Source: Mobula hypostoma (lineage: Eukaryota). From it: 64,000 nucleotides of DNA. Both the position numbers and the translations under genes were made by a program. The notes beneath the pieces were generated by a model, which worked only from the letters and a program-made list of their open reading frames with translations, ran no database searches and was not told the DNA's origin. Shown one piece after another: positions 38,301 through 52,700 of the stretch (within the stretch, counting starts at the first letter, position 1; the number at the start of each line of letters is the position of its first letter). The stretch lies in assembly GCF_963921235.1 (NCBI RefSeq), contig NC_086097.1:41914001-41978000 (forward strand), read 5' to 3'.

Positions 38301-39914
38301 GATTACATGGGTGAGAGCAGTGGAAAATATCCAAATCTTTATAAACCAGGGACCTCTACTGTTTGAAAGGCAAACAAGAAGAAGAGTACTTGCTGAGAGT
38401 TGGCAATGCAGTTGGCAACTTTATAGAAATTACAGTTATAGAGAAAGATGTGGCAGATTCTGAAAAATTGTCCCTCTGTGATTGGAGGCTCTTTCTAGGA
38501 TGGTTCCAAAAGAATGAAGGATCTACCAAGCCAGGGAAAAATGGTTGTTAGCCAGATGCTGCAGTAAGTCTAGTTATGCTGTGACTTCACGAGTACAGAG
38601 AAACTGAGGAGCTAGAAACAGCATAAATAACAAATCTCATGTCAACCAAGCAGTGGTTAACTCTGAAAGTTTGCTCCAATCGGGGCAAGCAACTGAAAGA
38701 ATGGCCGTACAATGATGTACTGTTACTAGGGCAGTATGGTGGAACGCAGGTATTAGTGTATAAAAAAACACGATGTGTGTAGCTTTTGCATGTTCCCTTC
38801 AGGTTTTGAAGTCACTGTCATACTGTAACAAAACCTGATTTCAGAAGCAAAGTATATAAGTTGACATATCGTGCATTCAGTTCGTGAAATGAATGACCAA
38901 TTTTCTTTCTCAAAGAATAAGCAAAATGGGATGAAAGCAAACTGCTGGATTAGCAGATCAGGCAGCCTCTGGAACAGAAATGTTGCTAATGTTTTGGATC
39001 TATGATCTTACATCAGAGCTTAACAACTGGAAAAGACACATCTGAAAGAAATGCGATGCTTCAGTCAGTGAGGTAGATTCTAATTACAGGGTTCATGTCT
39101 GTGCTGTAATATGAGGTATTCTTCCATCTGGTCACAGAGAATGTGCGGTGCACAGTACAGGGTACAGACTGACACTAGTGCATTACTGCAGTTTATATTC
39201 TGATAGGTGTGACAATATAAGGTGGGAGAACAAATGCCAACATTGGCCTGCTACACAAATATTCATCAACATAATTCTCTTCCATAAGGTAAAATTCCCA
39301 TTGATGAGGAGAGATCAGCTTGCATAGTTCAAGATTGTAACAGGCTATTTTTAGAAGTTTTTTGTATGACCCATGGCTCCGGGGTTGTACACCTAATGGG
39401 TTCTCTTTTTTTTCTCTCACTTTTCTGCTCAGTAGGTTTTTTTTGTTATCACAAAATTTTGTTTTCAATCTTTAAGATAATGTTTTTTTTGAGGCATTGT
39501 AAGTGTTGTTACTTTGATGTACTCATATTATTTTTCCTATATATACAATAAAGAGATTTGAAAAGAAAAAAAGGAAAGAAAGATTGTAACAGGCTGATTG
39601 CTTTTAGATGTAGTTTCCCCTTGGGAACCAACAGCAACAATCTCAACAACAGTGTTATTTGAGACTTTAGAACATTGAACAATATGGCAGAGTTCAGGCC
39701 CTTCGACCCATGACCTCTTAATCTTTTCCAACATCATTCTAATGTTTCCCTCTTCAATAGCCCTCCATTTTTCTTTCATCTATCTGCCCATCAACTTGTC
39801 TCTTAAATGCACCTAAATGTCCTGTTTTGCAAAGGAAGAGCTTCAGTGGTGGGTACTTTGTTGAACAGGAGATAAAGCTGTCATGATAAGGTACCTATAA
39901 ACCGATCTGTATTA

Positions 39915-41097
39915 CATGCTAGGGATGATAAGGTTTAATCAGAGACAGCCAACATGGCTTTCTCAAGGGCAGATCTTGTTTGACTAATCTGACTGTATTT
40001 TTTGAAGAGGTAATCAAATGTATCGACGAGGGCAGAGCTGCAAATGTGGTTTATGTGGAACTCAGTAAGCCTTTGACAAGATCCCCAGTGGGAGGTTGGT
40101 CCAAAATGTAAAGACCCTTGGGATGCAGTACAATTTTGGCAAACTGGATCTAAAACTGGCTTGACAGTCGAAGAGAAAGGGTGAGGAGAAAGAGATTTGT
40201 TCGTGACCGGATGGCTGTTTCTTGCGTCATTCCCTAAAGATCGGTACTGAACTTCCGTCCTTTGCAATACACAGTATGTGAATGATTTTATACAGATGTT
40301 TGAGATATGATCAGCAAGTCTTCAGATGATATGAAGATTGGCAGAGTTGTAGCTAGTCTGGAGGGTAGTCACAGTGATATCGATGTGTGGGAGAAGTGAG
40401 TTGAGAAATGGCAGATGGAATTCAGTCTAGATCTGAGGTTCCCACCCTTTTTGATGCCACGCACACCAACACGGACCCCAAGTTGGGAACCCCTGCTCTA
40501 GGCAAAGATGCGTCTTGGGAATACAAATAAGGCTGAGACATATACCATGAATCGTAGAGTCTTAGAGAGCACAGCTCAACAGTGCACAAGTTCAGGGATC
40601 CTAGGAGGTGAATGCACAATTAGGTAATATGGTCAGGAAGGTATTAATTGGTCAGGGCATTAAATGCATAAGCAGGAAGTTATGGGCCATCTTTATAAAA
40701 CTTAGGTTAGATATCAGATAGAGTACCATAATATAGACAGGATGTGATAATGCTAGAGAGGGAGCAGAAAGAATTCACCAGGATGTTACCAGGGATGGAA
40801 CAGTTCAATCATGAGGAGACACTGGAGATCCTAGGTATTTCTCCATGGAAAGAAGAAGTTTAAGAGGAACATAACTAAAGTTTATAAATTTATGAAGGGT
40901 ATAGAAAGGGCTGATGGCAAGAAACTTTTCCCCTTATCAGAGGCAGACAAAACCCGAGGGCTTGGATTTAGAATAAGGGAAAAGGGAATCAGAGTGGATG
41001 TGAAGAGGACTTTTTTCACCCAGAGGCTAATGAGTACCTGTAATGCACTGCCCAAGAGAGTGCATGAGTTGGGGTCATGTTTAAGGGGTTTTTAGAT
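39915..41097 (+). mobile_element. Old decayed CR1 RT/3' region
   Basis: caacatggctttctcaagggcagatcttgtttgactaat (QHGFLKGRSCLTN); KTRGLGFRIRE..FFTQR. Confidence 0.85.
40433..40495. mobile_element. Tiny hAT/Charlie-type MITE
   Basis: TIR gttgggaacccctg with degenerate partner ctgaggttcccacc; 8-bp flanks gtctagat and ctctaggc. Confidence 0.65.
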
Positions 41098-43368
41098 GAC
41101 CATTGGCTGCAAGTACAACTCACTGGTTCACTGGCAGACAGAAGGGGTGGACAGCAGGGGCTGCATGGCTTCAGTTGTAGTGAGGACAAGGCCTCCAACC
41201 GTGGTGTCACCTGTTTACAGGAGAGAGCCATTGGAGTCCATGTGCTCCACTGGAGTGCTGGGGCCAGCGTGGCACAACGTCCAAGCTGGAGTTGGTGCTG
41301 CCCCCCAGTGTTCACGCAGCAGAAGACAAACCATATTGGGTTCAACTGCATTCTGCTGAAACATTCATGGACTCGGGGTCTTGGACTACAAAAAAGTCAC
41401 ACAAAGACGGTATTTTACCAATATCTTATATGTGCTTTCTATCAACATATGTGCCTTGCACTGCGTGTGACCGTAGGGTTGGAGATATAGGAAACAGTGA
41501 TGAGTCTACTGGCATTATAAATCACCTCAGATCTTGAAGGAGTATTTCAGTTCAATGGTGTTGGAAATTGTTAGAGAATTGAATCAAAATGTTCCTATGT
41601 GGGCAACCTGAAGACTGTGGGAGCATGCACAATTGCCCGCAGTGTGGAGAAGGTGCCCAGAATATGAGTCAGTTTCAATCGGGGCATGATTCATAAAACT
41701 CCCAGTGCCCTGAATGGATTAATGCATATTCCGGGGAGTTAAAATGACTCTGCAGCCTCCGGGTGTCTGGCAAGGTCAGTTGATCCTCTGGATAGGAGGA
41801 AGCTGAACCTTTACTCTGCCCTGCTTGGCTAACCCACGCTTGTCAGCCTCCCCTAAGCAACCATATATGATTAACACTTACAGGTGCCACGCTGACTAAC
41901 CACATGCTTTCACTGCTCTTGTTGATACTGCAGAGGGGTCCATATGTGTAGACAGATGGACCACCTGACTGTGTTCAGACAGGTGAAGTGCTTGCCTACG
42001 TAAAATCCCACCATCAGCAGTTACCACAGTTCACAGAATGAAGCACAACCAGTTTTAATACCAGCTGCAGAGTCCATAACGTTCTTTGTGCTGTTTTTTT
42101 TTACATAAGCTAACATGCAGAGATTCAGGTAAAGAAAACAGCAACCTTTACCACAATTACAGGGCATGCCAATGAAGTGTGAGTCATGTAATGTGATAGT
42201 AGTCAGTTCTTAATGGTCTTCTTTTAATTCCCCCTTCATTAAAAAAAGGCATACAATTAATTAAATTATTTACATTTTGAAGTTGTGGAAGTGGTTAGCT
42301 CTTCATATTGAAGATGCAATTGGAAATTCAGCTATTGTAAGCTTGCTCAATTTCATTGTGCCCTTGTTCATGGAATCCTCTCCTGCACTGCAGCCAATCT
42401 CCTCGCACCCCACTTCACCCTGGTTTACAGGACATCTCTCAAGCCCAAATGCTATGTTGCATTAGGCCGCCTCAGCAGAAGGTGGCGTAAAGATTGCAAC
42501 TGCACATTCTGTTCCATCAGAGACTGATGTCATGGTATCAATGCAGATATCTGCATTCATCCCCTAAATCGACATGTCAGCCTAACTGTCTCCTCGCAGT
42601 GCTGATGTACCTATGTCTGCAGTAACCCCTCTCGATGGCATGCATATAAAAGCTTCTCACTGTATCTCAGTAGATACACGATTTCTATTTTCAGCTTCAC
42701 TTATATCATCTTTATTGTTTTCCTCTTGAATTTTATCAATTCTGTTGAGTATTCCTATTTTTAACCCTCAAACCTCTGGTGGTACCCCAGCAAGTCCTTT
42801 CTATAGACTTGCTTCCCTGCCACTGAGACTGTTTGGTGACAACCATCACCAATGGGCCTTTATCACCTTTGAAGACATTTTCTAATGCAATGTGTCCTAT
42901 CCTACAGTGTCTCTGTGTCTTGACCATGAAAGGGACGACACTCCCCTAGTATCAAACCACTGGGAATTTGATAATATGAGTTTTATGAATGTAGCATCAT
43001 TTACTTTGAGTGAAACTTCAGATTCACATTAGCTCACAGCAGAGAAAGCATCTTATGGGAGCATTGTAATATCTGATAGGTGCTAGTTATACTTTCAGGG
43101 GACTGTCAGTAATGACACCAATAGAAAATATTCAAGTACCATTGCCAGATAGTGTTATTAGGCTGTTAGTTTCAAGGTTAAATATTTATACAATGATGTT
43201 AGACAAGAAGACTATGCCTACAGCTGTGTCACATATGATCTGTATATTTGAGTGTTAGGAAAGCAGGTTTCTCAGACAACATTTGAAATGTCCTGCAGGG
43301 TCTAGAAACTTGGGCACATTAGCTCGAACAAGGCAGCTCACAGTGCAGTGATAAAATCCGCAAGCCGT

Positions 43369-43504
43369 AAACACAAGAGATTCTGCGGATAATGAAAATC
43401 TTGAGCAATACATACAGGATGCTGGAGGAACACAGCGAGTCAAGCAGTGTGAATAGAAGAGAATAAACAGTCAACGTTTCAGGTTGAGACCCTTCATCAG
43501 GACT
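43369..43504 (-). mobile_element. PLE terminal fragment
   Basis: aacacaagagattctgcggat..gctggaggaac.cagc, ending exactly at the hammerhead motif. Confidence 0.8.
43469..43504 (-). ncRNA. Minimal type I hammerhead ribozyme motif, intact core
   Basis: Minus strand reads AGTC-CTGATGA-AGG gtctcaa CCT-GAAA-C-GTT-GACT; palindromic AACGTT at stem III. Confidence 0.78.
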
Positions 43505-43879
43505 TCATTCTGCAATGTCTGTAGACATTGTTCTCCTCAGGAAATCACGAAGGATGGAGAAGATAGTCTATTCTGTCGAGGCTCATTGGTAGTGTCATAG
43601 AGTCATAGAAATATGAAATCATACAGTACAGAAAAATATCTACTCCACCCATCAAGTATGCCTCTACACTCATGACCTTTTCCAGTACTTGGCCCATGAC
43701 CTTCTTTGCCCTAGCAATTCAGGTGCTCACATAGGTTCTTCTGGAACCCATGACCCCTGTACTTGCAGCTTTATTTTACTTTGTTAGCCTGAGTTCAGTG
43801 CACAAACTGCATGTTGCCTTCCTGAGCAGCCTTGAGTAGGAAGAACAGCTGTCAGTTTCTAGCCTTTTCAATTTCGGCT

Positions 43880-43985
43880 TAGAAACAGCAGCCAGTTCAC
43901 TGGCACCTCTGATCCCACAACAGTGAAATAAAGCAAGATTTAGTTCCTGGAACCTTGGCTGCTCTTCAAAGAGTAGCCATGGCTT
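43880..43985 (-). mobile_element. Possible second Deu-domain SINE remnant
   Basis: Minus strand ccatggctactctttgaagagcag..cactgttgtgggatc..aactggctgctgtttc. Confidence 0.4.
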
Positions 43986-45034
43986 TGCGTGGCTGCTAGT
44001 GCTAAGGCACTTCTACCCTGTGACATGCCTTCCCTTTGTTTAGCCCATCTTACTTAAGTGTCAGTAATTTCAGAGAAATATAAACGAGAATGTACTCATG
44101 ATTTCTCATGCTCTGGGTCCTGAATACTGAGCAGTTACATTGGAGAGGAAAATCAGCATTATGGGAATTGATATCTCTCTGAAAGCAGTGAACTCTGAAG
44201 GCAACCTGCCTTTGTTGAGGTGTGTACAAATACATTTATAACACACTAACTTGACTCTCCGCACATTATCTCATAGGATTAAGGATGAATTGCCTTTCTC
44301 CCCACCCATTAGAAACAAATTTAATGTAACTATCAAGTAACCCTTGTGTATTTAAGTGATAATTTTCATGGAAACGTATCACTCCAGTAAATTTGCTGCT
44401 TTACAAGGAAGGCCAGATCATTGCTAAATTTTAGTGTGTAGACTGACTGTATTAAGCTTCAGCAAATTGATTGAAGATTTCAAGCTAAACCTGAACAGCA
44501 CCATGGGATATCTGTTTCTTTAATTGAATATCTGTTGGATTAACAGATATTTGAACAGTAGTTTCTCAGAAATAATCTGTTTTTTTTTATTTATAGCCCT
44601 GTTGCAAATAAAAATAGGATCAAAAGGACCTAGTGCCTTCCCAGCCTATATGACAAATAAACTCTCCTCAGGCTTCCAGCCAGGCGCAGGTATCGATTAT
44701 TACCAATGTTTCTATGACAAACTCTGCCATCTTCATCAGCGATGATGTCTGGGCATGTCTAGTCCAGAGGTATTTATACCCCCATTATCCATCCCTCCTG
44801 ATTGGTTCATCCTTATCCAAACAGGTTTGCACTCTCCCACCTTGCTTACAATTGAATTTAAGTCTTACTCAGAGTGAGACCTTCATCTTTGTTAAAATTA
44901 TTTTCCTCTAGTTTTATTTCAATAGCTTGTTTCACCGGGCAGTCCCAAAAGCCATTGGTGCAGCACAGTAGTTTGTGCTGTCGAAGTCAATCCTACAATC
45001 ATTGCGAATGCAGTGTTCTGTTACCACTGATTTC

Positions 45035-45362
45035 TCTGAGAAACTCTAACAGATACAGCTCCTTTGCTCCTCAATGTGGATTTCCACCATGCATCCTGTC
45101 TGGCCAATATACACTGCTCTGTATTCACAGGGAATCCTGTAAGCGCCAGCAAACCTAAGTCCCAGGTCATCTTTATTCCAGGGCCCTTAGTAGGGGTGAT
45201 GGAACAACCAGGAAACTTAACAATGAGGAGGAACCTACCACCGGCCTCCCTACATTTCAACGGTTTCTAGAAGGATCCCCAGAATCCTGAAGAAATACTG
45301 GTTAACAGCATCTACAAACCCATAAGGAAGCTCAAATCACAGCGAATGCTGGTCAAAGATGA
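45035..45362 (+). mobile_element. Fragment of a second PLE family (Poseidon/Penelope-type linker)
   Basis: Reads, with a frameshift, PYISTVSRRIPRILKKY..IYKPIRKLKSQRMLVKDD. Confidence 0.6.
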
Positions 45363-46894
45363 TTCATCTTCAACCACACTCAGTATAATTTATTTGCTCA
45401 GTGTTATTAGTGAAACCTCACACTGTAAACTGATCTGCAGATTACCCTAAATTATCAATCACACTACACAATTGACTGCAAAATTATCTGAGATGCTCTG
45501 AAATCATAAATCGTTCAGCATAAGCAATCAGTCTTGGAAATAATCAGAATCTGAGAGAAAAGACAGTCATTGAAACATACTTCATTTAGTTTTTTTGGGA
45601 TGAAATGTTAACTGCTTCTCTCACCAAAAATGTTGCCCAATCTTTTGAGCATCTCCAGCATTTTCTGATTTCAGTTCACTAGTGATGATGGTCATTCTAA
45701 GAAATGACAAGTCACGGAGAGAATTGTTTCAATTGTTTGTGTAGTTTACAACATTTCGGGATATTAGTAAAAGAAACTTAAACTCCATGCTCTTACTCCA
45801 ATATCTGTCCAGCAATGTCTACCCAGCCTTGATATATTTTGTGTATATTTCAGCCTCACAGTAACCATAAAATATATACATTGGGTAATTCTAATGTCTT
45901 CAAAATAAATGGCAGCTGAAAATGTCAATGCTTTAATGATTTTATATCTTTTGTATTGGAATTGTCAAAAATGCTTCTGATGACATTTCAGAAAAAAGTA
46001 AGCTGTGTTCAGTCAGGAGTTTAATAGCATACTTTGAACAGTTTTAGAACTAGCCTCTGTTGCACATAGAACAGTGATGTTACAACTTGAATGGTTTGAG
46101 ATATGATTTAAATCGTATCTAAAAGAATATCATCCAGCTAATTCTCATAGATGCTGAGCAGTATTTTGGGTGTAAGCTTAAATTGCCAGGTTGCAGATTT
46201 ATAATGGTTTTTTTAAGAGTTGTGAATTATAATGCTTGGTAGCTTTAAATCCCAGACTACTAACTGACTGCAGAAATGTACAATCATTTTCAGCATCTAT
46301 ATTGGAAAAACAATAAGGCATTGGACATCAAAATAGTAGATACAATATCATATGATTCATCTCAGCCCATTTATATTGCTGGTGTTGTTATTGTCTGCCG
46401 TGAATTCTAATTTCCCAGTTGATTGCAGATCCTTTCTATTTTAACACCTACCTGTGGAATTGCTTTTCTTCCAATGAAAGAACTATGTGATGCTGTATGT
46501 CTGAGGCCTCCTGATATACTGGTATGTTTGAGATGATTAAATGGATTGCCCAATGAAGCTTCCTGTCAGCCCTCACAATCTCCTAAGATTTATCCCAAGA
46601 TGTGCAAGCTTCGACAGAAATTTCAAGAAATGGTATTGCAGGAAGATAGCGGCCTTTGTTCAACTCTTCTATATCCCAAAGCTCAAGAGCTGCTTTCCAT
46701 AAGCATCCTAACAGAGCACGTGATCCTTTTAAAGATCTTTGAACTGCGGTCGTATTCAGGTAACTCAGCAGATATAAGATTTAAGCTGGAAAAAAATATT
46801 TGTTTGTCTTAATTCTCATCTCATACATTCCCATTCTTTATTGCATTATCTCCAGTCTGATTTTGAGCCTTAAAGCATTATAACATCAATGAAT

Positions 46895-48291
46895 TGTCAC
46901 AATGGTGGGGGCTTTGGGAGCAAGGGTGGACTCAAATGCAAGACACATCTTGTGAGGTTACTTAGGTTTAGTTTACTGTATGATACCAGGAGAGCAAGAC
47001 AGAAGCAGGAATAGTGAACAGGATTAGGACTCAGGACTACGACTAGGCTGGGACCAAGGGTCTGGGCTTGGACTCGGAATTGGCTCCCAGAACTAAAGGA
47101 GACATGAAGAAACCAGGGTATGGACTCCAAGCCAGAGACTGGGCAAGGACCCAAAACCTGGGTCTTGCCTCGGGCTCGGACCCCAGAACCAGGCATGGAC
47201 ATGACATGGGCTAGGGAGAGGAGGAACATGGAAAACAGAGCCTCGGTCTTGGGAGAGCAGGTACATGGAACCATGGACACATACACAGAACAGAGAGCTG
47301 GGACCCCTCCTTGGGTACAGGACATAGGGCCAGGACTCACACACAGAACACAGAGCCGGGACCCCTCCTTGGGTACAGGACATAGGGCCGGGACTCATGA
47401 CCCTCCGCGGAGCAATGGCAAGACGGCCTGACTTACCCCACGGAGGCGAGGACAGGACAAGACAAGACATGACTCCCCGTGGGGCAACGGCATGATGGCC
47501 TGACCTACCCCACGGAGGCGAGGACAAGACAAGACAAGACCAACAGGAATGAACACCAGACAGTACCTATCTAGCTCCGGTGATGGAACTAGACCGAAGT
47601 GCAGGCGAGGCTGCAGACGAGGGCTAGAGGTGAGAGGGGCAGAGAAGGGATTCAGACAAGGGGGTAGGACAGGAATCACAGACCGGCAGGGCCAGGACTA
47701 GACTCAGAACTGGAAGCCGCCAGGCCCAGGACTTGACATGGTACTTGAACGCCACCAGGGCCAGGACTTGACATGGTACTTGAACGCCACCAGGGCCGGG
47801 ACTTGACATGGTACTTGAATGCAGCCGGAACCAGGACGTGGACGTGGTACTTGGATGCCGCCGGAGCCAGGACGTGGTACTTGGAACCTCCGGGTAGTGC
47901 CGAGCTCTTGACTCGGCCCGGGAACAGTAGACAGCGGCTCTTGATTCTCTCCGGCAGGTTAACTGACGGACCCATCTTGATGAGGAAACTTTGCAGGCTC
48001 GCTTCGGCGAGGTAACTGGACTGGGTTGCTCCGGTGAGGAAAGGCGAATTACCAGCACTCACTTTGGGCGGAGACAAGGCTTGCTCTGACCAGATGACAT
48101 TGGCACGCCGTGACTTTGCAGACGCTCCCGACCGAACGGTTGAAAGCCAGAGACTATAAACTACTGGTTCAGCCGAGTGGTAATTGCCTCTAATCACCAA
48201 AGTCGAGGGACACGGGAAAACAGGGAATCAATGGTCCGGATCGTAACATAAACAAGGTACATTTAAACTGACCCCGATCCGGACCGTGACG
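46895..48291 (-). mobile_element. Solo LTR-like element with internal tandem repeats
   Basis: Ends TGTCAC...GTGAC(G); 5-bp flanks tgaat and tggat; GC-rich; ~55-bp x2, ~70-bp x2 and 33-bp x3+ tandem units. Confidence 0.75.
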
Positions 48292-49329
48292 TGGATACAA
48301 AGTGAGCTGCCAGCACAGGAATGATTTTGGTTTAATTACAGTTGATTCAATTCAATAGTCGAGCAGGTTAATCCAAACCTAGTAATCCTGGTTTTTTTTC
48401 AACTACCTTCAGTTCTTTTACATTTGTCCATAAATACAGTCCAGTAGTATTTAACCGTTCAGGGTCAACACTTGAGCAATAGTGTGGACAGTTTTGGGTA
48501 AAATATACCTCTGGAGGGGCAGTTCCAGACAGAATTATTCTGAGGTTGACTAAGTGTGGTGGAGGAACTAGGTGACGTGGCTAAATATTGAGGTAATGGA
48601 AGTCAAAGGTGAGAGAAACTCGGAATATCAGCAAGTAGATGTACTGCAGATGGAAATAGCCCAATGCAGATAGGAAGCATGTTGAAAAAGACAGTAGAAT
48701 TGCATTAAGATGAAGCAAAATTGAGGGTGTGGATCAGTTGTGTGTGAATTGTTCCTGTTCTAACACACCACAGCCATCAATCACATGATCCTGCCTGCTA
48801 CTGGTGTTCTCCACTGCTGATCCTAGGACAGTCAACATATTAAAGGAGATATATTTCAATCCAATGGATGGTCACAGCTCTATGAACAAATTGTGGGAAA
48901 TTACCTGCGATATCCTGCTGGCAACTACTGTCTACAATTTAACAAATGGACTCCCAGCAGACAGCCCACAGCTGTTTGCATACAGAGACCAGCAGTAATA
49001 TCTTTCACCTATTTTCGGTCTCTGAATGACTTCCTCTCCAGAGTTCACCTCCGCCACCATGTAGCATTATATAATTCAAAATTGGGCATTAGATCTGAGA
49101 CTAGTGTAATTTCTAATCCCAAACCTCAGAGGAGACAAAGCTCTTTAAGTAGGGAATGCTCCTCCATTTTGACACAGCTCTCCTTGTATGAAACAGTGGC
49201 TTTTGGGAGAAGAGCACAACTATTGCAACACTGATTGGTTTTCAGACTGAAAGACACTGTACTTCAGAAGTTGATACCTAACATATATTAACGTCTTTGG
49301 TGTGGGTGTAAAGAACAAAATTTCCAAAA

Positions 49330-49680
49330 TTTACGTTGATACAAAACTAGGAAGCTGACAAAGGTTACATTAAGCAAATTCAACTGGATATGGACAGAAT
49401 GGAAAAATGGGCAAACATACAGCAGAAAAAATTTAAAGCAAAAAGGGCAAAGTTTGCATTCGGAGAAGAACGTGGAGAAGCAATATAAATCAGAGGGCAG
49501 GGTTCTAAAAGAGGTAGAGAAACGAAGAGATCGGTGGTGTATAAGATGTAGCCGTGAAGGTCAGGAAAGCAGTTGGACAGCTTACAGGACCTTGGGCTTT
49601 ATAAACAGAGATAAAGAGTGCAAAAGCAAATAAATCACTACGAACCATTACTAAACATTGATCTGGTCACACTCCAGTAA
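49330..49680 (+). mobile_element. Very old CR1 RT fragment
   Basis: aatgggcaaacatacagcagaaaaaattta..ttgggctttataaacagag..tctggtcacactcc, collinear with CR1 RT. Confidence 0.55.
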
Positions 49681-49779
49681 TTTGCCTGTTTCTGGACAGC
49701 TAAATGTTCGTACTAAAACATTTCTAGAGAAAAGGGATTTTAGTTTTGTACAGTACAGACAATTAATGGACAAGAGAAT

Positions 49780-52700
49780 CATATGATATTTCTTTTCATT
49801 CTCCATTGATGCTGCTCTCATACTCATCTCCTCCATTTTCAAGGCATTCTGCTCTCACCCATCTTTCCATCGCCTTAATAGTGATAGAGTTCCGCTTGTT
49901 CCTACCTACCGACCCATGAGCCTCTGCATCCAACACATCAGTCTCCGCAACTTCTGCCATCTCCAAAAGGATTCTACCACTGAACACACCTTTGCCTCAT
50001 GCCCTCCCCACTCTCTACAGGGATCATTCCCTCTGTGATTCCCCAGTCCATTCGTTTCCAACCCGCTCCCCCGCTCCTCCCCCCGACTAATCTCCCTCCT
50101 GGTGCTTAACCCTACAAGTGGCCAAGGTGCTGCAGTAGGTTTTCGCAAATAAAATGACATGAAGTGTTTTATGTTTAAGAAAAAACATAACAAATCATTT
50201 ATTGTACCACAAACACTGAACACAAAAAATGCAGTAACAGAACTTCATGTAATTACATCGTCACGTCAGACCAGCCTATTAAAGTGAACCCAACTCAGTG
50301 TTTCCACCAGTTACATTACCCTGCACAGGCATCCCCAGAATTCAGTAAAACCAGCATTGTAAGCCTGTTTGAGCTCGGATGAGGCGCCTGGTTCGGGTCC
50401 TGTGTTCCATGGGAGGAAGCAGTGCCAGGTGCCTCTGGCTCACCCAGAGATGTGTTGACATGCTCATGGTCATGTCGTGACAGCAAGGGCAAGGTAGTAA
50501 TCCACCAACACTTGAGGGAGGAGTGGTTTAGGGTGATCTACCAAAGTACATTCAGGTTTACCCCTCTTATCTATGATAAAAGTCTTTTCTCTCCATTCCA
50601 AAACATGGAACGGGCCATCATAAGGGGGCCTAAGGGGACACTGGTTTGCATCATGGCAGATGAAAACAAACAAGGCGGAATGTGGGTCAAGAGGAACCCA
50701 AGAGTATGGTACACCATGATGGGAGGCAGGAGCAGGTACAAAGGAGTTGAATTTACAAAGGAGGGTGGAACACTTCTGAGAAGCAGACCAGGCAATGAAG
50801 GCACTTGTAACGGCTGCCCATATACCAACTCAGCCGCGGACGACTGCATGTCCGGTTCTCGAGCTGTTCTGAGACCCAGCAGGACCCACGGGAGATGATC
50901 ATGCCAACACTCATCTGTCAGGCAAGCCCTCACAGCAGCCTTTAAAAAGCGGTGAAACAGCTCGCATGGGCCATTGGACTGCTGGTGATAGGCCGTGGTG
51001 TGATGTATCCTAATGCCGAGGTTCCGGGCCATCACAGCCCTGAGGTCCAATATGAATTGGGGAACGTGGTCAGAGGAAATATCAGATGGGGTGCCAAACC
51101 GAGCAACCCAGGTGCTGATGAATGTGCGAGTCCTGCCTGCAGTCGTCATCGATGCTGGAGGGATGACCTCTGGCCACCGTGGTAAGAAGGTGTGTGAGAC
51201 CACAGGTCTGGGGAAGAGGACCAAGAAGGTCCTCATTGACACGGTCAAATCGTTGCTCAGAGACCTTGAAAGGTAACAATAGTGCCTGAACAGGATGGCA
51301 ATTTTTTTGCCTGCTCGCACTCCACACAGACTACAGTCTAATCACGTACGTCCGTTCTAAGGCCATGCCATACAAACCAGTTTCTGTGAGGCCTTCTGGC
51401 CCGGATGTGAGAGGCCAGGTTTGGAATCAAAAACAGCCCACCTCCAGTTTGTGGGCATCATGGGGGCGAGGGCAACTGGTTAAGATATTGCACAAGAGAG
51501 AAACCCTAGCATTACCGAAATTAATCTCAGCTAATTACAGGCCCACGACTACTGTTTGGTAAACTTGGACCTCTGGGTCAGTAGCCTGGTTGGCTGCCAT
51601 GCTGGTACAGTCAACCCCTATGAGTGTGGTCACAAAGGCTAGCCATGGCGCTATTTTCCCTCTTGATATGTTGTATATCAGTTGTGAACTCAGATATGTA
51701 GACCAGGTGGTGTTCCTGCTGTGCAGACCAAGGGTCTGATATTGTGGCCATCACATGCACGAGGGGTTTGTAGTGAAGGAACACTGTGAAATGGCAACCC
51801 TCTAGAAGAAAACAAAGTGTGCGGAGATGAGATATGTGTTCAGATTTGGATGCACTGGTGACAAGTGGGTTATCCAGGTTAACAAAAAGAAAGTCTAAGT
51901 CTTTTAATACAGAGTCTATCAGCCTTTGGAAAGTCTGTGCTGCATTTTTCAGCCTAAATGGCATGCGCAGAAACTCAGCGGGCAAGTGGGGTTATCACGG
52001 CCATTTTGGGAATGTCCTTCAAGCACACAGGCACCTGAAGTTAGCCCCTAACAAAGCCAACTTTGGAAAAAATTCACTTTCCAGCTAAACCTGCCAAAAA
52101 GTCTTGGGTGTGTGGGGCTGGGTAACAATCAGGGGTGGTGACCTCATTAAGGCGTCGGTAATCACCACATGGGCAGCAACCACTATTGGACTTAGGGACC
52201 ATATGGAGGGGTAAAGCCCAGCGGCTACTTGACCAGCGTACAATGCAGAGTCTTTACATGTTGGCAGATTCAGCCTTCACAGTTGCCAGTTTTTCTGGGT
52301 CCAGTCTGAGTGTGCAGGCGTGGACTGGTGAGCCAATAGTGGAAATGTGATGCTTGACTCCATGGTTTGTGACAGTAGTGGGCTGAGTGAGGTTTGGGAA
52401 TTCGCCCAGCAGTCGAGTAAACTCACGTGCGGTGGTGCATGTGCTTGACAGCATCGTTGTGGGGAACTTACTGGGGGAACTGGGTAATGACCCAAAGCCC
52501 TTGACATCTTAAGATCAACTAACAGTCCCTGGACGCACAGGAAATGTGAACCGAGCAGAGGTCTAGCCACATTAGGCAGGATGAAGTCCCATGTGTAATG
52601 TTGCCCACTGAAGTAGAGCATCTCTCATCGTATCCAGTAAGTCTGAATTCTGCTACCATTGGCGGCCTCCAGCGAGCTTTTGTCACTCTTTGCCTTCACA

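Noticed and set aside
47727..47886. 33-bp repeats resembling a CRISPR array
   Set aside because: Head-to-tail units without unique spacers, no cas genes, and eukaryotic LTR context.
46897..48200. Overlapping 140-174 aa ORFs
   Set aside because: GC-rich tandem-repeat LTR sequence open in several frames, with no recognisable domain.
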